Origin: Candidatus Levyibacteriota bacterium
GTDB lineage: Bacteria > Patescibacteriota > Microgenomatia > Levybacterales > UBA12049
Direction: 5' to 3'
Assembly: GCA_963722305.1 (NCBI GenBank)
Contig: CAVRKE010000001.1
Coordinates: 501,549 to 565,548 of the forward strand
DNA: 64,000 nt
The position numbers and the translations under genes were made by a program. A model generated the notes under the pieces. It saw nothing but the letters and a program-made list of their open reading frames with translations, was not told where the DNA came from and searched no databases. This document shows positions 8,192 through 17,983 of this stretch, one piece after another (the first letter of the stretch is position 1; each line of letters opens with the position of its first letter).

Positions 8192-10384
8192 ACTATTTGA
8201 ACCAAAAATCTCTTTTATAATTTCTGCCTTTAATTTTGATGTAAGTCTTCTCCTCCTTGTTGGTTTACTCTTTGGATTTCCAAGCTCAGATATTGCCTTA
8301 CGTTTCATTTCTAGTCTTTTTTTCATCGGCATCCCCTGCAACCTAATTATTTGCTTAATAATTGAGTCACGGAGAATTGATGCCATCATGTTGGGATCAT
8401 CCGACTCGGGTAAAACTTCATTTACAATTCCTATATCTAATCCATGTTGTTCTGCTGCGGTAGACTTCATCGAAGGCATTAGTTCTTTAACTTGTTCTGC
8501 TGTAGGATTGGAAACCCTTTTTATTATTGCAGTCTGATTTCTAGGCTCAGCTACAAATATTTTGCTTTTTTTAGGCGCCCCTATAAATTCTCCGAAAGGC
8601 AATATTCCAATCATTCCGCCGCTACCGCCAACACCCCAAATATATCCTATTCCTACCCATTTATGACTATTGACTGCTTCGGTTGATTCGGCAATACTTC
8701 TTGGTTGTCCTTTTCTTTCCGCTTCTATTGTCGGATTGGCTCCTAAAGTATCAATTAACGATACCAACGGCCATTTAAATCTGTCGGCAACTTTTAACAA
8801 CCGAATTATCCGTTGGTAATCTTCCGGCTGTGGACTGGCAGGAATTTTTACTATTTCAAAGCCTCCAGGTTTTTCCGGATTGGGGATTCTTTGGTAAGAA
8901 GGCATGTTGCCGATCATTAACACTGGCTGCGGGCCAATCTTAACAATTGAGGCCACAATTGCCGGATAACGTAAGATTGTGGTTTCATAAGAAGCACCAC
9001 CGTCTTCCGGATAAATTTCGGTGTGCTCAATGTGCCCCTGGTAAAGATTGACAACGTCATTCGGATTGGGAAACATTCTGGTAATCAGTGTTTGCATATC
9101 CGGTCTTTGTGAGTTTCTGACTAGCTCGTCGTATTCCCGAAGCAACCTATCCGCCTCCGGCTCATCTGCAGGAATTTCCGGTTTTGCATCTCTAGGTTGT
9201 TCATAGAACACCCTATCAGGAGAGATAAATCCTTCCAGTTTGAAAGCATCGGCTTTGGTCTCCTCTCCTTCAGTTGGACGAAAATCAGGTTTATTTTCGT
9301 AGGTCAATCTTTGGTGGCTCGGTTTAGTTATTCTGACAAACCTTTGCAAAAAATTTAAAAGCTCTTCTTTGGTTTTGAAAACCAAATCAATTTCCCGGGG
9401 GGTTAAAGCTTGCGCTTCAACACTCTGCTCCCAACCTTCAACAGGTACTTTTGTATAAAATTCCGTTAAGTGTTTACCCGAAAAACCAAAATCATTACCT
9501 TCCAAAGCAACAATAATATCTCCAAGCGGTCCAATACTTGCCGATTCTCCGCCAAATTCCGGACCGATTAGAGCGGTTATATAAGCCCTATCTTTGGCTT
9601 GCTCTTTAAAATCGTGTACCTCCATCACTTGTTTTGGTAATTGAACTAAAGCCACGGTACCTTCATCTTGTCTTGCTCCCGCGGAGGCTAAAAAGCAAAC
9701 CAATGGACGTTCGTGTCTGCCAAGAAGTCTATCCCTAAGATTTCTGCGGCGTGCCAATTCACTAGCTCTTTTGAATTTTTCTCCCGCAACCTGTCCGTTA
9801 GAGCCCCTTTGGAAATCATAATATTTTACATACGCAACTACTTCTACCCCACCCAAATTAGCGTGTCCATAGCATGCTGATTCAGGTTTACCGGTTTTTT
9901 TCTCTTCTTCTCTAAGTCGATCAAAATATCCACGGACCCTTGAAGGAAGATGCGGCTCCACGCCGGCCGGAATATTAGCTTCAACTCTTGTCTCAGCAGA
10001 ACGCTTTAGTCCCATAATGTCCTTTTTTACTCTCATCCAACGGTCAAGTTCATCAAGATGGATATTTCTTACAAGCCAATCTGTGATTTCGACTACTCTA
10101 TCGACAACTTCCTGGCCGTTAAGTTTTGGCCTTGACTCTAACATTGTCTTTGGAAAAGTTACGTTTGGTCTCGCTGGAGTTTCCAGGGGAACATTTCCGG
10201 GCATAATTGATATTTCCGGCCCGGCTTCGGTTCGAGTAAGGCGTACTGTAGTCAATGTCCCATCCGGATTCCGAAGAAGTGCCCTGACTCGGGTAATTTT
10301 GTTAGGGTCAAAATCGGGATGTTCGGCCCTTAGCGTTGACAATATCCATTTACTTGGTTTATTTGGGCCTTGTTCTCTCGCCAT
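8180..10384 (-). CDS. fused acetyl-CoA carboxylase carboxyltransferase beta(AccD)-alpha(AccA)-like protein with N- and C-terminal extensions
   Basis: AccD-like block PLVCFLASAGARQDEG...IGPEFGGESAS followed by AccA-like block SLIDTLGANPTIEAERKGQPRSIAES...GVGGSGG. 734 aa. Confidence 0.6.
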   Translation of the reverse strand: MAREQGPNKPSKWILSTLRAEHPDFDPNKITRVRALLRNPDGTLTTVRLTRTEAGPEISIMPGNVPLETPARPNVTFPKTMLESRPKLNGQEVVDRVVEITDWLVRNIHLDELDRWMRVKKDIMGLKRSAETRVEANIPAGVEPHLPSRVRGYFDRLREEEKKTGKPESACYGHANLGGVEVVAYVKYYDFQRGSNGQVAGEKFKRASELARRRNLRDRLLGRHERPLVCFLASAGARQDEGTVALVQLPKQVMEVHDFKEQAKDRAYITALIGPEFGGESASIGPLGDIIVALEGNDFGFSGKHLTEFYTKVPVEGWEQSVEAQALTPREIDLVFKTKEELLNFLQRFVRITKPSHQRLTYENKPDFRPTEGEETKADAFKLEGFISPDRVFYEQPRDAKPEIPADEPEADRLLREYDELVRNSQRPDMQTLITRMFPNPNDVVNLYQGHIEHTEIYPEDGGASYETTILRYPAIVASIVKIGPQPVLMIGNMPSYQRIPNPEKPGGFEIVKIPASPQPEDYQRIIRLLKVADRFKWPLVSLIDTLGANPTIEAERKGQPRSIAESTEAVNSHKWVGIGYIWGVGGSGGMIGILPFGEFIGAPKKSKIFVAEPRNQTAIIKRVSNPTAEQVKELMPSMKSTAAEQHGLDIGIVNEVLPESDDPNMMASILRDSIIKQIIRLQGMPMKKRLEMKRKAISELGNPKSKPTRRRRLTSKLKAEIIKEIFGSNSLFQ

Positions 10385-10427
10385 AAGGCAGAATTATAGT
10401 CGCGAAATCCTGTAGTGTCAAATGAGC

Positions 10428-11531
10428 TTACTTGAGGCCGCCGATGACTTTGACGCGCTGCAAGAGCGAGTCGTCTTCCAATACTTTGCCGGTACCACGG
10501 ACAACCGAAGTTAAAGGGTCTTCACTGCGGACAACCGGAATGTGAGTTCTTTCCACAATCAAATGGTCAAGCCCGGAAAGAAGCGAACCTCCGCCGGTTA
10601 AAAGAATTCCGTGTTCCAGAATATCGCTGGTTAGTTCCGGCGGCGCATCTTCCAGAACAGAGGCCACCGCATCAATAATCTGACTTAAAACCGGCGACAA
10701 CGCTTCCCTGATTTCCACTTCCGTCACTCTTAGGCTCTTTGGTAGTCCGGTTTCAATATCCCTGCCCCTGATAATGGCCACCTTTTCTTCTCTTTTCTCT
10801 TTTTCCCCGTCTTTGCTGTTTGTAGTTTGGGATTTGTGATTTGGGATTTGTTGATATGCGCTGCCAATTTTTATTTTCATTTCCTCGGCGGTTTTTTCAC
10901 CAATCAACAATCCATGTCGAAGTCTGATGTAGTGAGAAATTGCCATGTCCATATCGTCTCCGGCAACTCTTAAAGATTTGGAAACCACAATTCCGCCCAG
11001 GGAAATTATCGCAATTTCGGTGGTTCCCCCCCCAACGTCAATCACCATTACACCGCTAGGTGAAAAAACCGAAATATTTTCGCCGATGGCCGCTGCCATT
11101 GGTTCTTCGATTAAAAAGGCTTCCCTTGCCCCTGAAGATAGTGTCGCTTCCCAAACGGCTCTCCTTTCGACTTCTGTCACCGATGAAGGAATGCCGATTA
11201 CTACTCTGGGCCTGGAAAAAGCCAAAGGGATCGACTTACCGACTTCGTAAACCTGCTGAATATAATAAGAAATCATCGCCATGGTGGCATCAAAATCGGA
11301 AATCACTCCGCCTTTTAAAGGCCTTATTGTCATAATTGCCGCCGGAGTTTTTCCAACCATTTTTTTGGCTTCCATTCCTACCGCAATCACTTTTTTGCTT
11401 TTTTTATGGATGGCCACCACCGAAGGTTCCCTGATCACAATCCCCTTCCCTTTTACAAAAACCAAAGTATTAGCAGTGCCCAAGTCGATACCAATGTCAT
11501 GGGAGAAAAGAGAGAATAGTTTATTGAACAT
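10428..11531 (-). CDS. mreB: rod shape-determining protein MreB (actin homologue)
   Basis: IGIDLGTANTLVFV phosphate-1 motif and overall MreB collinearity. Contains a ~35-aa low-complexity insertion. Confidence 0.9.
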   Translation of the reverse strand: MFNKLFSLFSHDIGIDLGTANTLVFVKGKGIVIREPSVVAIHKKSKKVIAVGMEAKKMVGKTPAAIMTIRPLKGGVISDFDATMAMISYYIQQVYEVGKSIPLAFSRPRVVIGIPSSVTEVERRAVWEATLSSGAREAFLIEEPMAAAIGENISVFSPSGVMVIDVGGGTTEIAIISLGGIVVSKSLRVAGDDMDMAISHYIRLRHGLLIGEKTAEEMKIKIGSAYQQIPNHKSQTTNSKDGEKEKREEKVAIIRGRDIETGLPKSLRVTEVEIREALSPVLSQIIDAVASVLEDAPPELTSDILEHGILLTGGGSLLSGLDHLIVERTHIPVVRSEDPLTSVVRGTGKVLEDDSLLQRVKVIGGLK

Positions 11532-11540
11532 AGATAAGAA

Positions 11541-11644
11541 CTTCTAATTTAAAATTTCTAATTTCTAATCAAGTCCAAATGACTTAATTTTAAAATTGAA
11601 GCATTTAAACATTCATTGAAAATTAAAAATTGAGAATTGAAAAT
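11541..11644. repeat. ~100-bp AT-rich intergenic repeat, copy B, immediately upstream of mreB
   Basis: Aligns base-for-base with 5857..5954 apart from a few substitutions and indels. Confidence 0.8.
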
Positions 11645-11710
11645 TTCTATACCATAATAGCATCTTGCGGTACTTTTTCCAATATGCTAGGATTACTCTA
11701 ATTCCTATAG

Positions 11711-14209
11711 ATGAGATTATTAAATTTTTGTAACAAGGTCATTGAATATTCCTTTTACCTGCTTTTCTTCCTGGTGCCGCTGGCTTTTACCAACGACACC
11801 TCCGAACTTTTCGAGTTTAATAAGCTCTGGGTAACCTTTATTATTACCCTTGTCATTGCCGCCGCCTGGACTACCAAAATAGTTATCAAAAGGCAATTAC
11901 GGATCCAGAAAACCCCTTTGGATATCCCCATCGTCCTATTTTTAGCCTCGGAAATTATCTCCACCTTCCTTTCTTTAGACCCGCACACTTCAATCTGGGG
12001 CTATTATTCAAGGTTTAACGGCGGACTACTCTCAATTATCTCCTACATCTTCCTGTATTATGCTTTTGTTTCCAACCTGAAAGAGGAAGAAACGGAAGAA
12101 AAAGTAAAATTAGGACTGAAAAAGGTTTATATTTTTATTATTGGCGTTGTCGCCTTCTTTATCGGCGCCCTGGTTTCTTCGCAAATCAAAAGCTCACAAA
12201 GTGCGGATATTCCCTACCAATTGCTGATGAATTTGCTAACCGTTTTTGTTTCCTTCGCCATTTTGATGAAAGCCGCACCGCAAGGAATTATCAAACGCTC
12301 AATTTTTGCCATTCTTTCTTCCTGTTTACTGGTTGTATTATGGGGCCTTCCTTCTCATTTCGGTTATGATCCAACCTGCCTCTTGTTTAGGGGCACCTTT
12401 GACGTTTCCTGCTGGACAAACGAATTCCAACCCAAAGTGCGCATTTTCTCAACTCTTGGGCAACCCGACTGGATGGCAGCATATCTGGCTGCTTTAATTC
12501 CTTTAATCGGAGCTTTATTTATTAATTCTGTTTCCGAAAGTAAGATTATTTTTAGTAAAAGCTTATCTTTCTTTAAAGATAAAAACTTTATCATCTCGGC
12601 CTCTCTTTTTATCTTTTTTGTTATCACGTACCTCGCATTACTGTATACCGTCTCCCGTTCAGCAGTGCTGGCTATTTGGTTGTCAATTCTCCTTTTCTTA
12701 GTCTGGTTTTTCTGGTTTTATATTAAACCGCGCTTTGATCTAAAAAAACTAAACCTTGATTTTAAAACCGCCATACTGCTGTTTGTGAGCGTTGGGGTTA
12801 TCACTTTTTTTGCGGGACAACCCTTTGGCCAACTGAATAAATTCTCGTTTAGTTATCTGACTTCGCTTTTTGCCAGGCCGCCGACTTCAACTAAAACTGT
12901 CGCTAAGCCGGCCGCAGTTGCGCCGGTGACTTTACCCCCCGGCTCAAGCGGAGAACTTGGTGGAACCGATTCGGGCAAAATCAGACTGTTGGTTTGGGAT
13001 GGGGCAATCGACATCTGGAAACACAATTTACTCTTCGGCAGCGGTTTGGAAACTTACGCCTACGCCTATTATCAATACCGGCCTGCCGCCCACAACCTGA
13101 CGTCAGAATGGAAGTATCTTTATAACAAAGCACATAACGAATATTTGAATTACTTGGCAACGACCGGAACTGTCGGCATTGTCACCTACCTACTGATGAT
13201 TGGCAGCTTTTTGTTTCTGTCACTTCACTACTTGCTTAAAAAAAGAAGCCGACTTTCACGCAAAGACTTGATTATTGTTTCCCTGCTGGCTGGCTATTGT
13301 ACGATTTTGGTCACCAACTTCTTAGGCTTCTCTGTAGTGATGATTAATATTTTGTTCTATCTTTTCCCCGCGTTTATTTTTATCTTGGCCGGCAAAATAA
13401 ATTATAACAAAGCTTATTCTCTTCCCTCTTTTGCAAAAGATGTCTATGTTTTAAGCAAACTGCAAAAGGCCTTAATTGTAATTGCAGTCGTAGTTTCATT
13501 GTACTTGATTTACGTTTTAGTAAACTTCTGGAACGCTGACAGAAATTATTACTACGGCATGAATTATGACCAGGCCGGAGATTATCAACAAGCCTATCCG
13601 TATCTGCGCCAAGCGGTAACATTAAGGCCAAGCGAACCCACTTTTAAGGACGAGTCTTCTTATAATAACGCCGTGCTCGGAGCCAGCCTCTTAGTTCAGG
13701 CACAGAAACAACCGCAAGACCAGCAACAGCAAGCCCAGACCGTGGCCAAACAATTAATCGATACCGCCATCGGTTACTCTAATGAAGTCACTAGCACTCA
13801 TCCAAATGACATTGTTTTTTGGAAAACCAGAGTCAGGGTATTTTATACGCTCGGGCAATTAGACCCAAGCTATCTTCCGCTGGCTTTAGAGGCAATTAAA
13901 AAAGCGGCAGAGTTAGCTCCAACCGATGCGGATGTTTCCTATAATTTAGGCGTTTTATATGGCCAGAATGGAGACATCAAAGATGCCGTAAACACTTTGG
14001 AAAATACAATCAGATTAAAATCGGATTACTCAAACGCCTATTATGCCTTAGGAATTTTCTACCATCAACTGGCACTTAACTCCAGCGGAAAAGTGGTTGA
14101 CCAAAGTTACAACCAAAAAGGCATCGCCGAAATGAAGTTGCTTATAAAATATTTTGGGCCGAATAAGAATGCGTCGGACGCCATCGCTGCCTGGGGCGGA
14201 GGTAAATAA
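11711..14209 (+). CDS. polytopic membrane protein with O-antigen-ligase-like (Wzy_C-type) core and C-terminal TPR repeats
   Basis: More than 10 predicted transmembrane segments. The C-terminal TPR-like region includes YNLGVLYGQNGDIKDA and YYALGIFYHQLALNS. Confidence 0.5.
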   Translation: MRLLNFCNKVIEYSFYLLFFLVPLAFTNDTSELFEFNKLWVTFIITLVIAAAWTTKIVIKRQLRIQKTPLDIPIVLFLASEIISTFLSLDPHTSIWGYYSRFNGGLLSIISYIFLYYAFVSNLKEEETEEKVKLGLKKVYIFIIGVVAFFIGALVSSQIKSSQSADIPYQLLMNLLTVFVSFAILMKAAPQGIIKRSIFAILSSCLLVVLWGLPSHFGYDPTCLLFRGTFDVSCWTNEFQPKVRIFSTLGQPDWMAAYLAALIPLIGALFINSVSESKIIFSKSLSFFKDKNFIISASLFIFFVITYLALLYTVSRSAVLAIWLSILLFLVWFFWFYIKPRFDLKKLNLDFKTAILLFVSVGVITFFAGQPFGQLNKFSFSYLTSLFARPPTSTKTVAKPAAVAPVTLPPGSSGELGGTDSGKIRLLVWDGAIDIWKHNLLFGSGLETYAYAYYQYRPAAHNLTSEWKYLYNKAHNEYLNYLATTGTVGIVTYLLMIGSFLFLSLHYLLKKRSRLSRKDLIIVSLLAGYCTILVTNFLGFSVVMINILFYLFPAFIFILAGKINYNKAYSLPSFAKDVYVLSKLQKALIVIAVVVSLYLIYVLVNFWNADRNYYYGMNYDQAGDYQQAYPYLRQAVTLRPSEPTFKDESSYNNAVLGASLLVQAQKQPQDQQQQAQTVAKQLIDTAIGYSNEVTSTHPNDIVFWKTRVRVFYTLGQLDPSYLPLALEAIKKAAELAPTDADVSYNLGVLYGQNGDIKDAVNTLENTIRLKSDYSNAYYALGIFYHQLALNSSGKVVDQSYNQKGIAEMKLLIKYFGPNKNASDAIAAWGGGK

Positions 14210-14249
14210 GATTTTTCCCAAAGCCCATTACACTGAAAGTTAAATAACA

Positions 14250-14795
14250 ATGTTAGACATCATCAAAGCCCCCAATCCGATACTCTCTTTACAGGCAAAA
14301 CCGGTTGCCAAAGTTGATAAGGCGGTTTTGAACCTGATTGAGCAGATGGAACAGGCTCTTAATGCGGCTTTTGATCCGGTCGGAGTGGGACTGGCGGCGC
14401 CGCAAGTCGGTAAAAGTTTGCAGCTATTTATTGTCAAACCAACCAGTAAATCCCCTATCTCTGTTTTTATCAACCCTAAAATCACGGCCAAAAAGCCTTT
14501 GCTTTCCGAAAACGAAGAAAATAAAAAACCCTATAAACTTGAAGGCTGTCTATCGCTTAAGGATATTTGGGGCGAAGTACAAAGGTCACCGGAAATTGTA
14601 CTTGAATATCTGGACCAAACGGGAAAACTCCATAAACGAAAGCTCAGCGGTTTTATGGCCATCATTATCCAACACGAATATGACCATTTGGAAGGAATTC
14701 TTTTCCCCAAACGGGTGCTCGAACAAGGCGGAACACTCTATGAATCTCACAAAAACTCCAAGGGTGAGGACGAATTTGAAGAGCTTAAAATCTAG
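14250..14795 (+). CDS. def: peptide deformylase
   Basis: Motifs GVGLAAPQVG, EGCLS and QHEYDHLEG. Confidence 0.9.
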   Translation: MLDIIKAPNPILSLQAKPVAKVDKAVLNLIEQMEQALNAAFDPVGVGLAAPQVGKSLQLFIVKPTSKSPISVFINPKITAKKPLLSENEENKKPYKLEGCLSLKDIWGEVQRSPEIVLEYLDQTGKLHKRKLSGFMAIIIQHEYDHLEGILFPKRVLEQGGTLYESHKNSKGEDEFEELKI

Positions 14796-15379
14796 AGGAA
14801 GTTGAATTCTAATTTTGTTGTCTTTGAGTTGGCAACTTGCTGTTTGGAATTTCGGATGTATTTGCGGTAGTGTTTTTGGACAATCACTTTATTGTAATCG
14901 CTGACTTTCTGAATGAACTCGATTCCCTGCAGGTGGTCGTATTCATGTTGGATGACCCGCGCCATAATTCCGTTGCAAAGAAGAGTGAACTTTCGGCCAT
15001 TCTCGTCAAACGCTTCAATCTGAACTTCTTTTGGACGCAGCACCGGTCCGAAAATTCCGCCGTCGTCCAAACTGCCGCAGCCTTCATAAATTACACTTTT
15101 AGCTTTCGATTGGAAAGTAATTTTCGGGTTAATAAAAACTCTTAGTTTATCAGCTTTGAAGGTTTTTCTCGCGCCGGTGTCTCTTGGATGAGTAACAAAA
15201 ATTTGGTAATTTTCCGCAATTTGAGGACAGGCAATGCCGATTAAATCCACTTTGTACATTGTATCGCAAAGGTCTTTGACTAACTTTCGTACTTTAGCTA
15301 ATTTGAAATTTGATATTTGCTTATTTGCTGATTTTAATCTCGGATCCCCCGCTTCAATCACTTTTCTTATCATAAACAA
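14792..15379 (-). CDS. def: peptide deformylase, second paralog
   Basis: Motifs GIACPQI, EGCGS and QHEYDHLQG. Convergent with the first def; the two ORFs overlap by 4 nt. Confidence 0.85.
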   Translation of the reverse strand: MFMIRKVIEAGDPRLKSANKQISNFKLAKVRKLVKDLCDTMYKVDLIGIACPQIAENYQIFVTHPRDTGARKTFKADKLRVFINPKITFQSKAKSVIYEGCGSLDDGGIFGPVLRPKEVQIEAFDENGRKFTLLCNGIMARVIQHEYDHLQGIEFIQKVSDYNKVIVQKHYRKYIRNSKQQVANSKTTKLEFNFL

Positions 15380-15384
15380 TAAAA

Positions 15385-15942
15385 TTATCTTGGTCTTGAA
15401 CTAATTTTAATCCTGCGTAATGTCCCGTCGGGCATTAATCGTGCTAAAAATCTTCTCTTATTAAAACCCCACGCTTCTCCAACTAGTCTTCCTTGGGCTT
15501 CCCAGTTATGTCTAATCATCCCTTCTCTTTCTAATCTTTTGTCTTCAAGATAGCTCTCCCACGATTTGGCTAATTCTAGATTACTCGCCAACACCACGAA
15601 ACCTTGTCTACTACCCGCAGTGCCGGTCACAGTGGTAATATCTGTAAACTTGTGAACAGCGTCAAGTACTCCCCGTATGAACGCTGCTTCTGGCGTTTGA
15701 CCGCTACGATCAGGTGCCGGATCAATCTCAGAAGCTAGTCCTTCGAGCTCAACAATGGCGGGAAACACTTCTGACTCACTTCTGACCACAATACTTCCTG
15801 AAGAAAGTCCTTCGAGGAATTGTGCAACATTAGCTTCGTGAAGTATCCCTCCCGTCCCGACTTGAGCATCTTGCCCGCCAGCTTCTCTGGCATCTGACAC
15901 TGCACCATGATTTACTTGTCTACCTAATTCTCCGTTATTCAT
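15385..15942 (-). CDS. hypothetical protein (higher GC than surroundings)
   Basis: 185-aa ORF with no recognisable motif, lying between def and the IS30 element. Confidence 0.4.
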   Translation of the reverse strand: MNNGELGRQVNHGAVSDAREAGGQDAQVGTGGILHEANVAQFLEGLSSGSIVVRSESEVFPAIVELEGLASEIDPAPDRSGQTPEAAFIRGVLDAVHKFTDITTVTGTAGSRQGFVVLASNLELAKSWESYLEDKRLEREGMIRHNWEAQGRLVGEAWGFNKRRFLARLMPDGTLRRIKISSRPR

Positions 15943-16000
15943 TGGAGCATAAACTTTACCACTATAAGATGATTAAGTCAAGCGAAATCCTTACGGTACA

Positions 16001-17087
16001 TTCTAGCTCGAAGTGCAACGATTTGAGGTTTTTGTATTCTGCATGATTTCTCCTAAAACTTCAAGTGGTATTTTCCAATCCAAACATTTTCTGGGCGTAT
16101 TATTCAGTTCCCATTCAATTAAAGCAACGTCTCTTTCGGTAATTAGATCCATGCTTATGCCTTTAGGAATAAAACGCCTGATTCTTCCATTCATATTTTC
16201 AACCGTTCCTTTTTCCCAGGAGTGATATGCATGACAGAAATATACAGACATGTCTAAGCTCTCCGTAATTTGTTTATGTTTGGTATTTTCAGCTCCATTG
16301 TCAGCAGTCAGAGTTTTTCTGATTTTGTCAGGAAAACGACTCATTCTAGCAAACAGTTTCTTAGTTTTTTCATCTGCTGTTTTAGCAGCTAGCTTTGACA
16401 TAACAGTAAGCCTTAGTTTTCTTTCAACCGTTACTGACAGGGCAGTCTTGTCAGTTTGGCGGCCTATCACATTATCTGTCTCCCAATGGCCAAGTTGTAA
16501 TCTTGTGTCAATCGATTTGGGTCTACTATCAATCGAAATAGCTTCAGGAATACGGCTATCTCTATTAACCCTTCTTCCCAGCTTTTTCATTCTTTTCTTG
16601 CGTTTTACTGTTAGATATTGCCAGAGCTTAAATTGCTTGTTCTGTGGTTTGTAGATTGCCTGATAAATAGTTTCATGGACAATTGAAAGATCGGGATGAT
16701 CTTTTGACAATCTTCCGGCAATTGTTTCAGGAGACCACTGTTTCTCTATTAGTTTCTTTTTAACATAAGAGTAGACCTCCGGTCCTTTCCAGGATGCTTG
16801 AGAGCGTTGAATAGCTGCTCTCTTATCAGCTTTTTGTTGTGCACGGCAGGGAATATATACGGCTGAAGTTTTCTCCAATCCCTTGGTATATGTTCTGTTT
16901 CTTTTGAGTTCACGAGACAGAGTGCCTTTGTTTCGTCCTAATTTATCTGCAATATCTCCCAGACTTAGTCCTGCATGCTTAAGCGCATAAAGCTCTTCCC
17001 GCTCTACAAGAGTTAAATGATTATACATAGCGCAACACCTCCTTTCGGTAATTGATTTTACCTCAAGTGTTGCACTTCGTTTTAGAA
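16001..17087 (-). mobile_element. IS30-family insertion sequence (~1.09 kb)
   Basis: Imperfect ~28-bp terminal inverted repeats TTCTAGCTCGAAGTGCAACGATTTGAGGT (16001-16029) and ACCTCAAGTGTTGCACTTCGTTTTAGAA (17060-17087) bracket the transposase gene. Confidence 0.75.
16003..17028 (-). CDS. IS30-family transposase
   Basis: N-terminal HTH (LSLGDIADKLGRNKGTLSRELKRN) and DDE core with GHWETDNVIG (IS30 GHWE.D signature). Confidence 0.85.
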   Translation of the reverse strand: MYNHLTLVEREELYALKHAGLSLGDIADKLGRNKGTLSRELKRNRTYTKGLEKTSAVYIPCRAQQKADKRAAIQRSQASWKGPEVYSYVKKKLIEKQWSPETIAGRLSKDHPDLSIVHETIYQAIYKPQNKQFKLWQYLTVKRKKRMKKLGRRVNRDSRIPEAISIDSRPKSIDTRLQLGHWETDNVIGRQTDKTALSVTVERKLRLTVMSKLAAKTADEKTKKLFARMSRFPDKIRKTLTADNGAENTKHKQITESLDMSVYFCHAYHSWEKGTVENMNGRIRRFIPKGISMDLITERDVALIEWELNNTPRKCLDWKIPLEVLGEIMQNTKTSNRCTSS

Positions 17088-17137
17088 CCTACCTACCTCT
17101 TTATACTAAATTCTAAATCCACTATACTAAATACGGT

Positions 17138-17983
17138 ATGAAAGCAGTCTTTTTTGGCTCATCAAGATATATCGTCCCCGTTTTGGAAATGATTTATAAT
17201 AATTTTGACCTGCCTTTGGTTGTTACTACCGAACAAAACCGCGTGGACCCCATTCCCTTCTATTGCGCGTCCAAAAAGATTAACTTTCTTAAAGTTAGAA
17301 AATCTGCCGACATGATTTCCAATTATGAAATCGGGCAAACCATGGCCAACATTGGCATCGTTGCCGACTTCGGCGTTTTGGTTCCCGATTCCCTGTTGAA
17401 TGTTTTTCCCTATGGAATTGTGAATATTCACCCATCCCTACTGCCAAAATACCGGGGTCCAACACCTGTGCAAAGCGCCATTTTAAACGGAGACACGGAA
17501 ACCGGCGTTACCATCATTAAGCTTGACAAATATCTCGACCACGGACCGGTCGTCGCCCAAGTCAAGGAAGAAATAAAAGAAAATGATACTGCCAAATCTT
17601 TGTATGAAAGGCTTTTTAAAATCGGCGGGGAGCTTTTAATAAGGACTCTTAGCCGCTTTGAAAATGCCGAGTCTCTGATGATACCGCAAAACCATGAAAA
17701 CGCCACTTTTACCAAACCGCTGACTAAAGACGACGGTTTTGTCGAACTGACAAGCGTCGTCGGCGGAAAAAGTTTTTTCGAAAGAATGGTTCGGGCTTAT
17801 TATCCCTGGCCGGGAGTTTGGACTAAAGCGCTGATTAATGGCCAAATGCTGTTGATTAAATTCTTGCCGGAGAAAAAAATACAGGTTGAGGGCGGAAATG
17901 AAATGGGCTATAAAGACTTTTTGAATGGCTACGCGGATAAAGCGGAGAAAAATTTGTTGGAGTTTTTGAAGAGAGAACTTTAA
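17138..17983 (+). CDS. fmt: methionyl-tRNA formyltransferase
   Basis: IVNIHPSLLPKYRGPTPVQSAI formyltransferase motif. Confidence 0.9.
   Translation: MKAVFFGSSRYIVPVLEMIYNNFDLPLVVTTEQNRVDPIPFYCASKKINFLKVRKSADMISNYEIGQTMANIGIVADFGVLVPDSLLNVFPYGIVNIHPSLLPKYRGPTPVQSAILNGDTETGVTIIKLDKYLDHGPVVAQVKEEIKENDTAKSLYERLFKIGGELLIRTLSRFENAESLMIPQNHENATFTKPLTKDDGFVELTSVVGGKSFFERMVRAYYPWPGVWTKALINGQMLLIKFLPEKKIQVEGGNEMGYKDFLNGYADKAEKNLLEFLKREL

Noticed and set aside
14338-14805. 155-aa + strand ORF overlapping def in another frame, and 14240..14491 (minus)
   Set aside because: Fully contained within the well-supported def gene. Alternative-frame artefacts.
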